A stretch of DNA of 33,231 nucleotides from Candidatus Nealsonbacteria bacterium (GCA_003561025.1 PWII01000060.1:1-33231), one strand, 5' to 3'. Positions 1 through 9,057 are shown, numbered from the stretch's first letter. Numbers and translations are program-made. Notes: generated from the sequence alone by a model not told the origin.

Positions 1-2
1 AT

Positions 3-842
3 ATCTATATAGGATTTTATATCGGACTTACCGCTCTTGTTGTTCCGCCGATACTTATGAAATTATTTTTTGTAGTCTTGGTTCTGCTTATCGCCTATAG
101 AGTTGTTATTGCACTGTCACAGGTGGTTGATTTTTTTGCCTTTAAATATATTAGAGCAAAAGAGGGAGTAGAGAGAAAAGCGGTGCTCAAGACCATCTCT
201 AACATAGCAAAAGCACTCTTATGGCTTTTTGCACTTCTTGTTGTTCTTTCTATCTTTGGCGTTAATGTTACAGCTATTGTTGCCGGTATGGGTGTGGGCG
301 GAATTGCGATTGCCTTTGCCTTGCAAAACATATTATCTGATCTTTTTAGCTCTTTTTCAATCTATTTTGATAGACCTTTTATTGAAGGGGATTTGATTGT
401 TGTTGGTGATAAGTGGGGAAATGTTGAGAAGATAGGAATGAAAAGCACTAGGATAAGGTCGTTGCAGGGGGAAGAAATTATATTTTCAAACAAAGAGCTT
501 ACTTCGGCTCAGATTCACAATTATAGAAGAATGGAGAAGAGAAGATCCGAGTTTAAAATTGGAGTTATTTATGATACTCCGACTCAAAAATTAAAAAAGA
601 TACCCTCAATAATAGAGAAGATTGTCACAAAAGAAGAGCTAACTGATTTTAGTAGAGCACATTTTACCGGATTTGGTGATTTTTCTCTTGATTTTGTAGT
701 TGTCTATTTTGTTGAATCGCCAAATTACCAGATCTTTATGGATACAAATGAGAGAATTTTTCTAAAAATTAAGCAAGCCTTTGAAAAGGAAAAGATAGAG
801 TTTGCTTATCCGACTCAAGATATTTATTTAACAAAAAGATAA
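3..842 (+). CDS. mscS: Small-conductance mechanosensitive channel (MscS family), 5'-truncated by the window edge
   Basis: TM3 glycine/alanine motif AGMGVGGIAIAFALQNILSD, then DRPFIEGD, GNVEKIGMKSTRIRS and C-terminal IEFAYP. The frame is open from position 3, so the true start lies upstream of the window rather than at ATG 57. Confidence 0.93.
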   Translation: MYIGFYIGLTALVVPPILMKLFFVVLVLLIAYRVVIALSQVVDFFAFKYIRAKEGVERKAVLKTISNIAKALLWLFALLVVLSIFGVNVTAIVAGMGVGGIAIAFALQNILSDLFSSFSIYFDRPFIEGDLIVVGDKWGNVEKIGMKSTRIRSLQGEEIIFSNKELTSAQIHNYRRMEKRRSEFKIGVIYDTPTQKLKKIPSIIEKIVTKEELTDFSRAHFTGFGDFSLDFVVVYFVESPNYQIFMDTNERIFLKIKQAFEKEKIEFAYPTQDIYLTKR

Positions 843-859
843 AAGTGTAGGCCCCTTCC

Positions 860-3172
860 ATGGAACTATTAGCATCACTTTATGACAGCTTAAATACAGA
901 TTTGAACATTCAAGCGCAGCTTGCAATTGTCTTGTTCGTTGCTTCTCTTCTTGGAATTTTTTTTAGAATTTTTAAACAACCCCTTGTTCTTGCATATCTT
1001 GTAACAGGGATACTTTTTGGAGTATTCGGATTTTTGAATCTGAGAGAAACGGAAGCGATTGAACTTTTTTCGACATTAGGGATAATGTTTTTGCTTTTTC
1101 TGGTCGGAATGGAGATGGATTATAATGCGATAAAAAAGACAGGAAAACTTTCTCTCGCAATAGGTCTTGGACAGGTAATTTTTACCGCTACAGGAGGGTT
1201 TTTAATTGCACACTTTTTATTCGGATTTGAGATGCTGGCGGCACTTTATATTGCAGTGGCACTAACCTTTTCCAGTACGGTAATTATTGTTAAACTTTTA
1301 TCTGACAAGGGCAGCTTGACAACACTTCATGGAAGGGCGGCAATAGGATTATTATTGGTGCAGGATCTTGTTGTGATTATTATTCTAATAGTACTAAATG
1401 CGATTGAGATAGGGGAGGGGTTTGGATTTTTATCAGTATTAAGAATAGTGATTGCGGGAATTGGTCTTTTTGGACTAATGCTTTTCTTGGGAACTAAGGT
1501 CTTTCCATACCTCTTTCGTAAAATTGCGACGTCACAAGAACTTCTCTTTCTGGTAAGTTTGGCGTGGCTTCTTGTCTTTGCTACAATTGTAAAACAATTC
1601 GGCTTTTCTGTTGAAATCGCCGGTTTTTTAGGAGGAGTTGCACTTGCAAATTCGGCAGAAAAACATCATATTTCCAACAAGATTAGACCTCTACGAGACT
1701 TCTTTATATTGATATTTTTTGTCTTTTTGGGTTCTTTAATGGTGATTTCAGAATTTGAAGGCTTAATTATGCCGGTTATCTTGTTTTCTCTTTTTGTTCT
1801 TGTTGGAAATCCGATAATTGTAATGATAATTATGGGCATTATGAGACATAAGAAGAGAACGGGATTTTTAACCGGCGTTACTGTTGCTCAAATTTCTGAA
1901 TTCAGTCTGGTTTTTGCAATACTTGGTCTTTCACTCGGTCATATTACGAACGATATTTTTGCTATTATTGTTGCGGTAGGAGTTGTTACAATTACATTAT
2001 CAACATATCTTATACTCTATGCAGAAAGAATCTTTCCTTATCTCTCTAGTTTCCTCTCTCTTTTTGAAAGAAAAAATGCATACGAGGAACAAGGAGACTA
2101 TGGTGTTTCAAAGCCGATTATCTTGATTGGCGCAAACAGAATTGGAAGGGGGATTATAAATTATATAAATGAAAAAAATCTTCTTGTTATCGACTTTGAT
2201 CCAGTTGTAAGCGATTACCTAAAAAAGAAGAATATTGATCGGATTTTTGCCGATTCCAAAGACCCTCACCTTTTTGAAGAGTTAAACTTGGAAAAGACAA
2301 AGCTCATCATATCTACAAGCCCTGAATTTGGCGATAATCTTACTCTGATAAAGAGGATAAAACATATTGATAAAGAGATAAAAGTTATTACAAGGGCTGA
2401 AGGTGAGGAAGAGGCATTGCTTCTTTATGAAAATGGTGCTGATTATGTTTTACTGCCACATTTTCTTTCCGGCAAGTATTTGGGTGAAATTATCGATTCT
2501 AAATTTGAGTTAAGATATTTAAAAGAGAAAAGAGAAAGAGCTTGCTTTCCTCAAGAACAATTTATGATAATTGATAAGATAAAAAAGAGATCTTCTCTTG
2601 GAGAGACAAAAAGATACATTTTGCCATCGTCTGTAATCTTTCTTCTCTCTTTTTTTGTTGGCGTATTTTTTTTCTATCTTTATCCCGATACTGCCGAAAA
2701 GTATTTGCAAGAACTAATTGATACTTTTTCTCCGATACTAGAGTCTTTAGGACCAGTAGAGATGGGCATCTTTCTCTTTGTTAATAACTCTGTAAAGATG
2801 CTAATTTTTATCTTTTTAGGGACATTATTTGCAATTCCTACAATCTTTTTTTTAGGTGTGAATGGATTTGTTCTTGGTTATGTCTCTTTTTTTATTTATC
2901 TCTCCTTTGGCTTTGTTAATCTTTTTAACAGCCTTTTTTATCATGGCATATTTGAAATTAGTGCACTAATTATCGGCTCTGCAGCCGGTATTAGATTGGG
3001 CTTTATCTCTTTTTCTAAAATTAAAGATAACAGGAAAGAGAGATCTTTAAAAAGCCTTATAATGCTTGATAAGGAGGTCTTTAAGGAGGTTTTCGGAATA
3101 TATCTCTATCTTGTTCTACCACTCCTCCTTATTGCGGCGATTATAGAGACATATCTAATCTTTTATTTATGA
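860..3172 (+). CDS. CPA2/Kef-type cation:proton antiporter with TrkA-N (KTN) domain, in frame with a C-terminal SpoIIM-like (DUF95) membrane domain
   Basis: About 390 aa hydrophobic antiporter with FSSTVIIVKLL, LLVQDL and QISEFSLV. Rossmann motif ILIGANRIG..VIDFDP..GADYV follows. From Met at 2564 there is a SpoIIM-like domain (LFVNN..NGFVLG..HGIFEISA..AAIIET). The fusion may be a frameshift (see findings). Confidence 0.85.
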   Translation: MELLASLYDSLNTDLNIQAQLAIVLFVASLLGIFFRIFKQPLVLAYLVTGILFGVFGFLNLRETEAIELFSTLGIMFLLFLVGMEMDYNAIKKTGKLSLAIGLGQVIFTATGGFLIAHFLFGFEMLAALYIAVALTFSSTVIIVKLLSDKGSLTTLHGRAAIGLLLVQDLVVIIILIVLNAIEIGEGFGFLSVLRIVIAGIGLFGLMLFLGTKVFPYLFRKIATSQELLFLVSLAWLLVFATIVKQFGFSVEIAGFLGGVALANSAEKHHISNKIRPLRDFFILIFFVFLGSLMVISEFEGLIMPVILFSLFVLVGNPIIVMIIMGIMRHKKRTGFLTGVTVAQISEFSLVFAILGLSLGHITNDIFAIIVAVGVVTITLSTYLILYAERIFPYLSSFLSLFERKNAYEEQGDYGVSKPIILIGANRIGRGIINYINEKNLLVIDFDPVVSDYLKKKNIDRIFADSKDPHLFEELNLEKTKLIISTSPEFGDNLTLIKRIKHIDKEIKVITRAEGEEEALLLYENGADYVLLPHFLSGKYLGEIIDSKFELRYLKEKRERACFPQEQFMIIDKIKKRSSLGETKRYILPSSVIFLLSFFVGVFFFYLYPDTAEKYLQELIDTFSPILESLGPVEMGIFLFVNNSVKMLIFIFLGTLFAIPTIFFLGVNGFVLGYVSFFIYLSFGFVNLFNSLFYHGIFEISALIIGSAAGIRLGFISFSKIKDNRKERSLKSLIMLDKEVFKEVFGIYLYLVLPLLLIAAIIETYLIFYL

Positions 3173-3804
3173 TTTTTTCTTGTATTAAAGACGGTACAAT
3201 GACAGATAAAGAGAATATAGCCTTATTCTTAAAAAAAAAGGGGCTTAAATTTAGTAATTTAGTTTTGTGTGAGCAGGTTCATAAAGATAATATCAATGTC
3301 GTTTCAGAAAAAGAAAAAGGCAAAATTATTAATAGCTTTGATGGCTTAATCACTAAAGAGAAGAGTCTTTTGCTTGGAGTCATTGTTGCAGATTGCCTTC
3401 CCGTTTCCTTCTCCTCAAGAGATATTTTTGGAATTGTGCACGCCGGGTGGCGGGGGATTGAGATGGGTATTATTGAAAAAATAGAAAAAGAGATTAAAGA
3501 AATGGGCAGAGATATAAAGAGCTTCCTATTTGAAATTGGGCCCAGTATCGGTCCTTGTCACTTTGAGATAAAAGAAGATCTTTTTGATAAATTCAAGAAG
3601 TATGATAGCTTTATACAAAAGAGAAACGGAAAAATTTTCTTAGACCTTAAAGGGGTAGTTAAAGAAAAAATTAGAAAGATGGGTGTAGATAGAGTTAAAG
3701 ATCAAAATATATGCACTTTTTGCAATAATAATTATTATTCTTTTCGTCGTGACAACGACAAAAAACGAATAATTGTGATTAATTATTTAAATAACAAGAG
3801 ATAA
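3169..3804 (+). CDS. pgeF: PgeF/YfiH (polyphenol oxidase/laccase-domain, purine nucleoside phosphorylase-like) protein
   Basis: Family motifs QVH, DGLIT, VADCLPV, HAGWRG, GPSIGPCHFE and CT..YYSFRR. ATGA overlap with the upstream stop. Confidence 0.92.
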   Translation: MIFSCIKDGTMTDKENIALFLKKKGLKFSNLVLCEQVHKDNINVVSEKEKGKIINSFDGLITKEKSLLLGVIVADCLPVSFSSRDIFGIVHAGWRGIEMGIIEKIEKEIKEMGRDIKSFLFEIGPSIGPCHFEIKEDLFDKFKKYDSFIQKRNGKIFLDLKGVVKEKIRKMGVDRVKDQNICTFCNNNYYSFRRDNDKKRIIVINYLNNKR

Positions 3805-3807
3805 AAT

Positions 3808-4686
3808 ATGAAAAAAATAACAAAAGCTGTAATTGCGGCAGCGGGGTATGGCACAAGATTTTTACCGGCGACAAAAAATCAACCAAAAGAGATGCTGCCG
3901 ATAATTGATAAACCGATTATTCATTATCTGGTTGAAGAAGCGGTGAATTCTGGAATTAAAGATATTATTCTCGTTACTCGTTCCGGACAGTCATCACTTG
4001 AAGACTATTTTGATTCTAATCGTGAACTAGAGTATGAGCTGGAAAAAAACAAAAAATCAAAAAGACTAAGAGAGATAAAGAAGATTCCGAAGATGGCTAA
4101 TTTTATCTATGTAAGACAAAAGGGCGATTTGCCATATGGAAACGCGACACCGCTTTTTTCTGTTAGATCAATTATTGATAAAGATGAGCCATTTGTCTAT
4201 ATGTTTGGTGATGATTTGACCATATCCGATGTTCCTGTAGTTAAACAACTTAAAGATGTTTATGAGAAAGAGAAAGCAACGGTTGTTTTTGGGGTGCAAG
4301 AGGTTCCAAGGGAAGAAGTTCATAAGTATGGAACAGTGCGGTACAAAAAAGGAGCTTCATATAAGTATGAGATAGAGGAGACTTGTGAAAAGGTTCCGCC
4401 GGAAAAAGCACCCTCACGAAATGCTACTTTTGGAAGATTTATCTTTTCCTATGAGGTGATTGAAAGAGCCCTAAAGACTCCTCCGGGGAAAGACAACGAA
4501 TTATGGGTTGGTGATATAATAAATTCACTGGCAGATGACGGTAAAAAAGTAATTGCACAACCCGTAGAAGGGGAGTGGCATACAACAGGCGATCCTCTAA
4601 ATCATCTCAAAACATCTTTTAGATTTGCTCTCTTAAGAGATGATATTAAGAAAGAGCTTAAAAAATATTTAAAAAAGAATATTTAA
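3808..4686 (+). CDS. galU: UTP--glucose-1-phosphate uridylyltransferase
   Basis: KAVIAAAGYGTRFLPATKNQPKEMLPIIDKPIIHY signature, plus YVRQ, GDD and KYG motifs. Confidence 0.92.
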   Translation: MKKITKAVIAAAGYGTRFLPATKNQPKEMLPIIDKPIIHYLVEEAVNSGIKDIILVTRSGQSSLEDYFDSNRELEYELEKNKKSKRLREIKKIPKMANFIYVRQKGDLPYGNATPLFSVRSIIDKDEPFVYMFGDDLTISDVPVVKQLKDVYEKEKATVVFGVQEVPREEVHKYGTVRYKKGASYKYEIEETCEKVPPEKAPSRNATFGRFIFSYEVIERALKTPPGKDNELWVGDIINSLADDGKKVIAQPVEGEWHTTGDPLNHLKTSFRFALLRDDIKKELKKYLKKNI

Positions 4687-5582
4687 GAGAAGAGTGATCC
4701 GATTATATCTAGATTGCCTTGAAGAAATTCCTTTGAAGTAACTCTATTTTTTCCCTCAATTTGCAATTCATCGATAAGAAGAAAATCTTTTCCTGTTTGA
4801 ACCGCGATTCTGTTATTTGTCCCTAGATACAATTTACCCGGAGGGCCAAAGGGACCGTGTTTTGTCTGTTCTTGTGTATCCGCTTTAAGTATTTTAAATA
4901 TTTTTCCATTCAGCTTTGTGAACGTTCCCGGCCACGGATTTAATCCCCTAACCATCTTTTCAATTCTTTTTGCCGGATTATTCCAGTTTATTAGGCCATC
5001 CTCCTTCTTAAAGGCTCTTGTGTATGTTGCTCTTTCATCGTCTTGTGCAACGGGAAATATATCTTCATCTATAATTTTTTGTAAATTTTTTGATAGTAGA
5101 TTTGCACCTCTACTTGCGAGTAATCTTTCTGCATCCTTGTAATAGATTTGTGGGTTTAGGGCAACCTTCTCTTTTACAAAGATAGGACCTGCGTCCAATT
5201 TTTCATTTATCAAAAATATGGAAATACCGGTCTCTTCTTCTCCACTCAGTATTGCATTTTGAATGGGTGTTGCCCCGCGATATTTTGGAAGCAGTGAAGG
5301 GTGTATATTTATAAACTTAAATTTTTGAAGAATCTCTTTCGGAATAATTATACCTAGCGAAACAACGATTATAAGGTCAGGCCTCTCTTCTTCTATGATT
5401 TTAAAAATATCGTCCTTGCCTACAAAATTTATTATTCTAACGTCCTTTTCTTTAAGATAATTTTTTAGAGACTCCTCCTTTTCTTCGGAAGTAAGAAAAA
5501 GATCAATATTAACATTATGCTGAGTAAGCTCCCTAATAGCTATATCACTAAACTTGCCATTACCGGCATATATTATCTTCAT
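4683..5582 (-). CDS. fmt: Methionyl-tRNA formyltransferase
   Basis: NIHPSLLPKYRGATPIQ, LDAGPI, KEDGLINW and RGLNPWPG motifs. Shares a TTAA stop overlap with convergent galU. Confidence 0.95.
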   Translation of the reverse strand: MKIIYAGNGKFSDIAIRELTQHNVNIDLFLTSEEKEESLKNYLKEKDVRIINFVGKDDIFKIIEEERPDLIIVVSLGIIIPKEILQKFKFINIHPSLLPKYRGATPIQNAILSGEEETGISIFLINEKLDAGPIFVKEKVALNPQIYYKDAERLLASRGANLLSKNLQKIIDEDIFPVAQDDERATYTRAFKKEDGLINWNNPAKRIEKMVRGLNPWPGTFTKLNGKIFKILKADTQEQTKHGPFGPPGKLYLGTNNRIAVQTGKDFLLIDELQIEGKNRVTSKEFLQGNLDIIGSLFS

Positions 5583-5603
5583 TTTTTTATCTATTTTATA
5601 TTT

Positions 5604-6353
5604 TTATTCCTCTTTTCTCCACTCAATATCTTTTTCTTCTCCGGCAAACTCAAGCCATTCGCCGGTAGAAGAGCTTATAACATACCACTTCCTTTTGGTA
5701 TTTGACCATATCATAGGTTCATTACGAAAATAGGGCAAATCTTTCTTTTCTTTTGGTTTTAAGTTTTTAATCTCCGGCCACTTCTTAATAACTGTTTCAA
5801 TTGCATAATCGAGGTTTCGTGATTTGGCCCATAAAGATACTTTATTAATTGCGTCTAAGGCAACGTCAACCGATCCTGCCAGATAGAGAAGGTCTTTTGC
5901 CGGCTTTGTAAAGCGGGAATAGATGATTTTCCGTTTTTTTGCATCTTCTTTTATCTCTTCAATAGAGAGTCCCTTCTTTTGAAAATAGTAATTTACGATT
6001 TTTTGTATATCAGAATCTTCTTTTGTGGAAAGGGAAAAAGACAAAGACCCACCGCAATCTTCAATATAGTTAAAAAAAGCGTAGAGAAGACGCATATAAG
6101 AGATAATAGTACTCTCTTTTAGATTTTTTCTTTTTAGATAATTTCTGTAATTTTTAATCTCTTTTTTTTCTATCTCTTCTGGTAAAAGGTTTATCATTTC
6201 TTTGCTTACAAGCCAATCTCTAAAGAGAAGTATTTTTCTCTTTTTATCCTCAATAGTAGAGGGAGAAAGTTTTTGTCTTTCTATCTCTTTTATAAAAGAT
6301 GAGAAATAAGAGGTAATCTCTTTATCGTCTTTATCTTTTTTTGTTAAATTCAT
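5604..6353 (-). CDS. Protein with N-terminal integrase/Xer SAM-like core-binding domain fused to an unrecognised C-terminal domain; no catalytic recombinase domain
   Basis: Residues about 12-100 (LSPSTI..FRDWL..EIKNYRNYL..LKESTIISYMRLLYAFFNYI) follow the tyrosine-recombinase N-domain pattern and align by eye with the N-terminus of the Xer at 18477. No R..HxxR..H..Y motifs follow. Confidence 0.72.
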   Translation of the reverse strand: MNLTKKDKDDKEITSYFSSFIKEIERQKLSPSTIEDKKRKILLFRDWLVSKEMINLLPEEIEKKEIKNYRNYLKRKNLKESTIISYMRLLYAFFNYIEDCGGSLSFSLSTKEDSDIQKIVNYYFQKKGLSIEEIKEDAKKRKIIYSRFTKPAKDLLYLAGSVDVALDAINKVSLWAKSRNLDYAIETVIKKWPEIKNLKPKEKKDLPYFRNEPMIWSNTKRKWYVISSSTGEWLEFAGEEKDIEWRKEE

Positions 6354-6365
6354 CTTATTTTCATT

Positions 6366-6644
6366 TTATAAAAATGATTTTATTCTCTCTACCTCTTCTT
6401 CTACAATTTTTCCGGAGTATTCTCCTGCGTGATCATTTGCATGTTTATATCTTGCCGGTTTTTGGTCTAGGTGAATATCTATCTCTCTCTTTTTGGCATT
6501 GTAATATATATGAAATCTCGGATATCTTCCTCCGCTAAGCGATCTTATGTATGAATTATCGGCACCGAATCTATCTTTGTGATAACCGATATCTCTAAAA
6601 AAATTATAGAGATTTCCAGAAAAATTATTTAATGAAAATTTCAT
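6366..6644 (-). CDS. Small hypothetical protein (YPRFH / HLDQK / HAGEY motifs)
   Basis: 92-aa ATG-initiated ORF with protein-like composition, 12 bp upstream of the next co-oriented gene. It has an extended -10 promoter positioned on its start. Confidence 0.8.
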   Translation of the reverse strand: MKFSLNNFSGNLYNFFRDIGYHKDRFGADNSYIRSLSGGRYPRFHIYYNAKKREIDIHLDQKPARYKHANDHAGEYSGKIVEEEVERIKSFL

Positions 6645-6659
6645 GTTGTAACTATATCA
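6645..6659 (-). promoter_or_regulatory. Extended -10 promoter, probable leaderless transcript (92-aa ORF / integrase-N fusion / fmt)
   Basis: Minus strand reads TGa-TATAGT-tacaac-ATG, with 6 nt between the -10 hexamer and the start codon. Confidence 0.55.
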
Positions 6660-6755
6660 TAAAATTATAAAAAAGTTAAAACAGAAAAGAAATATTTTGT
6701 TATTTTTATTCTTTTTTGGTATTCTTTTTGTAGAATAAATAATATTTTATAATTT

Positions 6756-7331
6756 ATGACAAGGCGAGTATTTACCGCAATTGATTTGCCAAAAGATATT
6801 AAGAAGGGTATTGCAAAGACAAGAGATGATTTAAAAGATAGATTTGATGAAAAAGTGATAAGATGGATCGGGGATGAAAATCTTCACATCACTCTGCTTT
6901 TTCTTGGAAAAATAAGAGAAGGGGATTTAAAAAAAATAATTTCTCAGCTTGAAGAGATAGAGGAGAGTGGGCCTATTAAGCTTGCATTAAAAGAAATTAG
7001 ATATTTTCCCAAAGACGAGAGAGAAGCAAAGATGATTTTTTTGAATATTGAAGGGGAGGGGATTAGGATGCTTTATCAAAAAATAAAAGAGAAGATTGAA
7101 CCCCTAAATATTATTAAAAAAGAAGATAATGAGAGAGAATTCATTCCGCACATTACATTGGGAAGAATAAACCTTTGGAATTTTCGCAAATATGAATTAT
7201 TTGAAATACCAGAAATTGATGAAATTATGAATCTGGAATTTTATACTAATTCTTTCTGCTTAATGGAGAGCCAATTAAAAAATAGAGAGGTTTTGTATAG
7301 GACAATTAAAAGATTTAAGGTGATCAGTTAA
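6756..7331 (+). CDS. thpR: RNA 2',3'-cyclic phosphodiesterase (2H family, LigT/ThpR)
   Basis: RVFTAIDLP N-terminus and two HxT motifs (NLHITLLFLG and FIPHITLGR). Confidence 0.94.
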   Translation: MTRRVFTAIDLPKDIKKGIAKTRDDLKDRFDEKVIRWIGDENLHITLLFLGKIREGDLKKIISQLEEIEESGPIKLALKEIRYFPKDEREAKMIFLNIEGEGIRMLYQKIKEKIEPLNIIKKEDNEREFIPHITLGRINLWNFRKYELFEIPEIDEIMNLEFYTNSFCLMESQLKNREVLYRTIKRFKVIS

Positions 7332-8633
7332 ATGAATATTCATTTTGTAGGAATAGGAGGCATTGGAGTATCTTCATTAGCAAGACACTACTTTGCGGAA
7401 GGGCACAGGGTTTCAGGATCAGATACAGGTTCTATTGATGAGTTAAAAGAAGAAGGAATAGATGTATATAACAAGCATAGTGCTAAAAATATTTTTCCGG
7501 AGACGGATCTCTTGGTATATAGTAATGCCGTAAAGAAAGATAATCCGGAGATAAAAGAGGCGAAAAGACTTAAGATAAGATGTCAAAGTTATTCAGAGGC
7601 TCTTGGAGAGCTTACAAAAAAGTATTTTACAATTGCTATCTCCGGGACACATGGGAAAAGTACGACAACCGCGATGACTGCTCTACTTATGATTGAGGGA
7701 GGGCTTGATCCGACAGTTATTATTGGAACAAAATTAGAAGAATTCGGAGGTAAAAATTATTTTAAGGGAAGCTCTAAGTATCTACTTATCGAAGCGGATG
7801 AATATAAGGCCGCTTTACTAAATTATTTTCCTAAGATTGCTCTTATCTCTAATATTGAAGAAGATCATCTTGACTATTATAAAGATATTGACGACATTCT
7901 AGATACTTTTGAAAAATATCTAACAGAGAACTTAAAGATGGGAAAAATTATCTTAAATAAAGACGATAAAAATAGTGAGGTTTTAAAAAAAAGATTAGAA
8001 AAGAAGGGCAAAAAGGTAACTTCTTATTCTTTAAAAGATAGCTATGTTAAAAAGATAAATCTTTCTGTTTTTGGGAAGCATAATCTCTATAATGCTGTTA
8101 GTGCTTATCGTATCGGAAAAGAGCTCGGAATAAGAGAGGATAGGATTTTATCCTCACTTTTAAAATTTAAGGGCACTTGGAGAAGATTTGAAGAAAAAAG
8201 AGTTATGCTTGAGAGTGGGAAAAAGATAGATATTATTAATGATTATGCTCATCATCCGACAGAGATAAAGGCGACTCTAAGCGCGGCAGGAGAGAAGTAT
8301 CCTGAAAGAAGAATAATTCTTGTTTTTCAGCCTCATCAGTACGAAAGGACTTACCGTATGTTTACTGATTTTACAAAAGCCTTGTCTTGCCCCAATGTTG
8401 ATATAACCATAATTACGGATATCTATTCTGTAAAAGGAAGGGAGTCAAAAGAGATTATAGAAAAAGTGAGTGGAAGGGCTCTAGCAAATAGTGTCAAAAA
8501 TGCCATTTATGGGGGAAAAATGGAAGAAACAAGAGATATCTTGGCATCGGTATTGCAGGGAGATGAAATTTTAGTTATAATGGGGGCAGGAGATATTTAT
8601 AAATTAGAAGATAAGCTTAAAGGTCAACTATAG
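7332..8633 (+). CDS. murC: UDP-N-acetylmuramate--L-alanine ligase
   Basis: IHFVGIGGIGVS, SGTHGKSTTT, IEADE, NIEEDHLD, DYAHHPTEI, FQPHQY and MGAGDI motifs. Confidence 0.97.
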   Translation: MNIHFVGIGGIGVSSLARHYFAEGHRVSGSDTGSIDELKEEGIDVYNKHSAKNIFPETDLLVYSNAVKKDNPEIKEAKRLKIRCQSYSEALGELTKKYFTIAISGTHGKSTTTAMTALLMIEGGLDPTVIIGTKLEEFGGKNYFKGSSKYLLIEADEYKAALLNYFPKIALISNIEEDHLDYYKDIDDILDTFEKYLTENLKMGKIILNKDDKNSEVLKKRLEKKGKKVTSYSLKDSYVKKINLSVFGKHNLYNAVSAYRIGKELGIREDRILSSLLKFKGTWRRFEEKRVMLESGKKIDIINDYAHHPTEIKATLSAAGEKYPERRIILVFQPHQYERTYRMFTDFTKALSCPNVDITIITDIYSVKGRESKEIIEKVSGRALANSVKNAIYGGKMEETRDILASVLQGDEILVIMGAGDIYKLEDKLKGQL

Positions 8634-8661
8634 CTACAATTATTAAGTAATAAATAAAAAT

Positions 8662-9057
8662 ATGTTTGATGCAAGATTTTTAATAGTTCTTCTTTTAGCC
8701 GGCTTTGTCTGGTATCTAATGCAAAAACAGAAAGAGAAGAAAGAAGGAAAGGAAGGAACAAAAGAGAGAGAGGATGTAGAAGAGATGGAAGAGGAAATGG
8801 TTGAGGAAGAGATAAAAGAAGAGGGAGAAGAGATGATGGAAGAAGAGGGAGATAGTGAGATGGAAGAAGAGGGGGATAGTGAGATGGAGGAAGATATGGG
8901 TGAAGAAAAAGAGGTGGTAGAAGAAGATACAAGCAAAGAGAGAGGGGATGTAGAAGAGATGAAAGAAGAGATGGGCGAAGAAGAGAGAAGAGAAGAATCA
9001 GAAGAGATAATGGAAGAAGAGGGAGAAGACGAAATAGAAGAAGAGAGAGAAGAGTAA
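8662..9057 (+). CDS. Single-pass membrane protein with a highly acidic Glu/Met-rich repetitive tail
   Basis: N-terminal hydrophobic helix FLIVLLLAGFVWYLM, a Lys-rich patch, then about 100 aa of Glu-rich repeats. An intrinsic terminator follows. Confidence 0.8.
   Translation: MFDARFLIVLLLAGFVWYLMQKQKEKKEGKEGTKEREDVEEMEEEMVEEEIKEEGEEMMEEEGDSEMEEEGDSEMEEDMGEEKEVVEEDTSKERGDVEEMKEEMGEEERREESEEIMEEEGEDEIEEEREE
8836..8883 (+). repeat. Coding tandem repeat, 2 x 24 bp ATGGAAGAAGAGGG(A/G)GATAGTGAG (MEEEGDSE), within a larger 174-bp-period duplication
   Basis: Copies at 8836-8859 and 8860-8883 differ by 1 nt, with a partial third copy from 8884. KEREDVEEMEEEMVEEE (8761) recurs as KERGDVEEMKEEMGEEE (8935). 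Confidence 0.85.

Noticed and set aside
8624..8936. Two antisense ORFs (Ser-rich 97 aa and Pro/Leu-rich 102 aa) opposite the acidic protein
   Set aside because: They are shadows of the GAA/GAG-rich repeat, which lacks stops on the reverse strand. The + ORF has a TM anchor and terminator.
8761..9054. Repeats considered as a possible CRISPR array
   Set aside because: In-frame coding repeats with no unique spacers, and no cas genes nearby.
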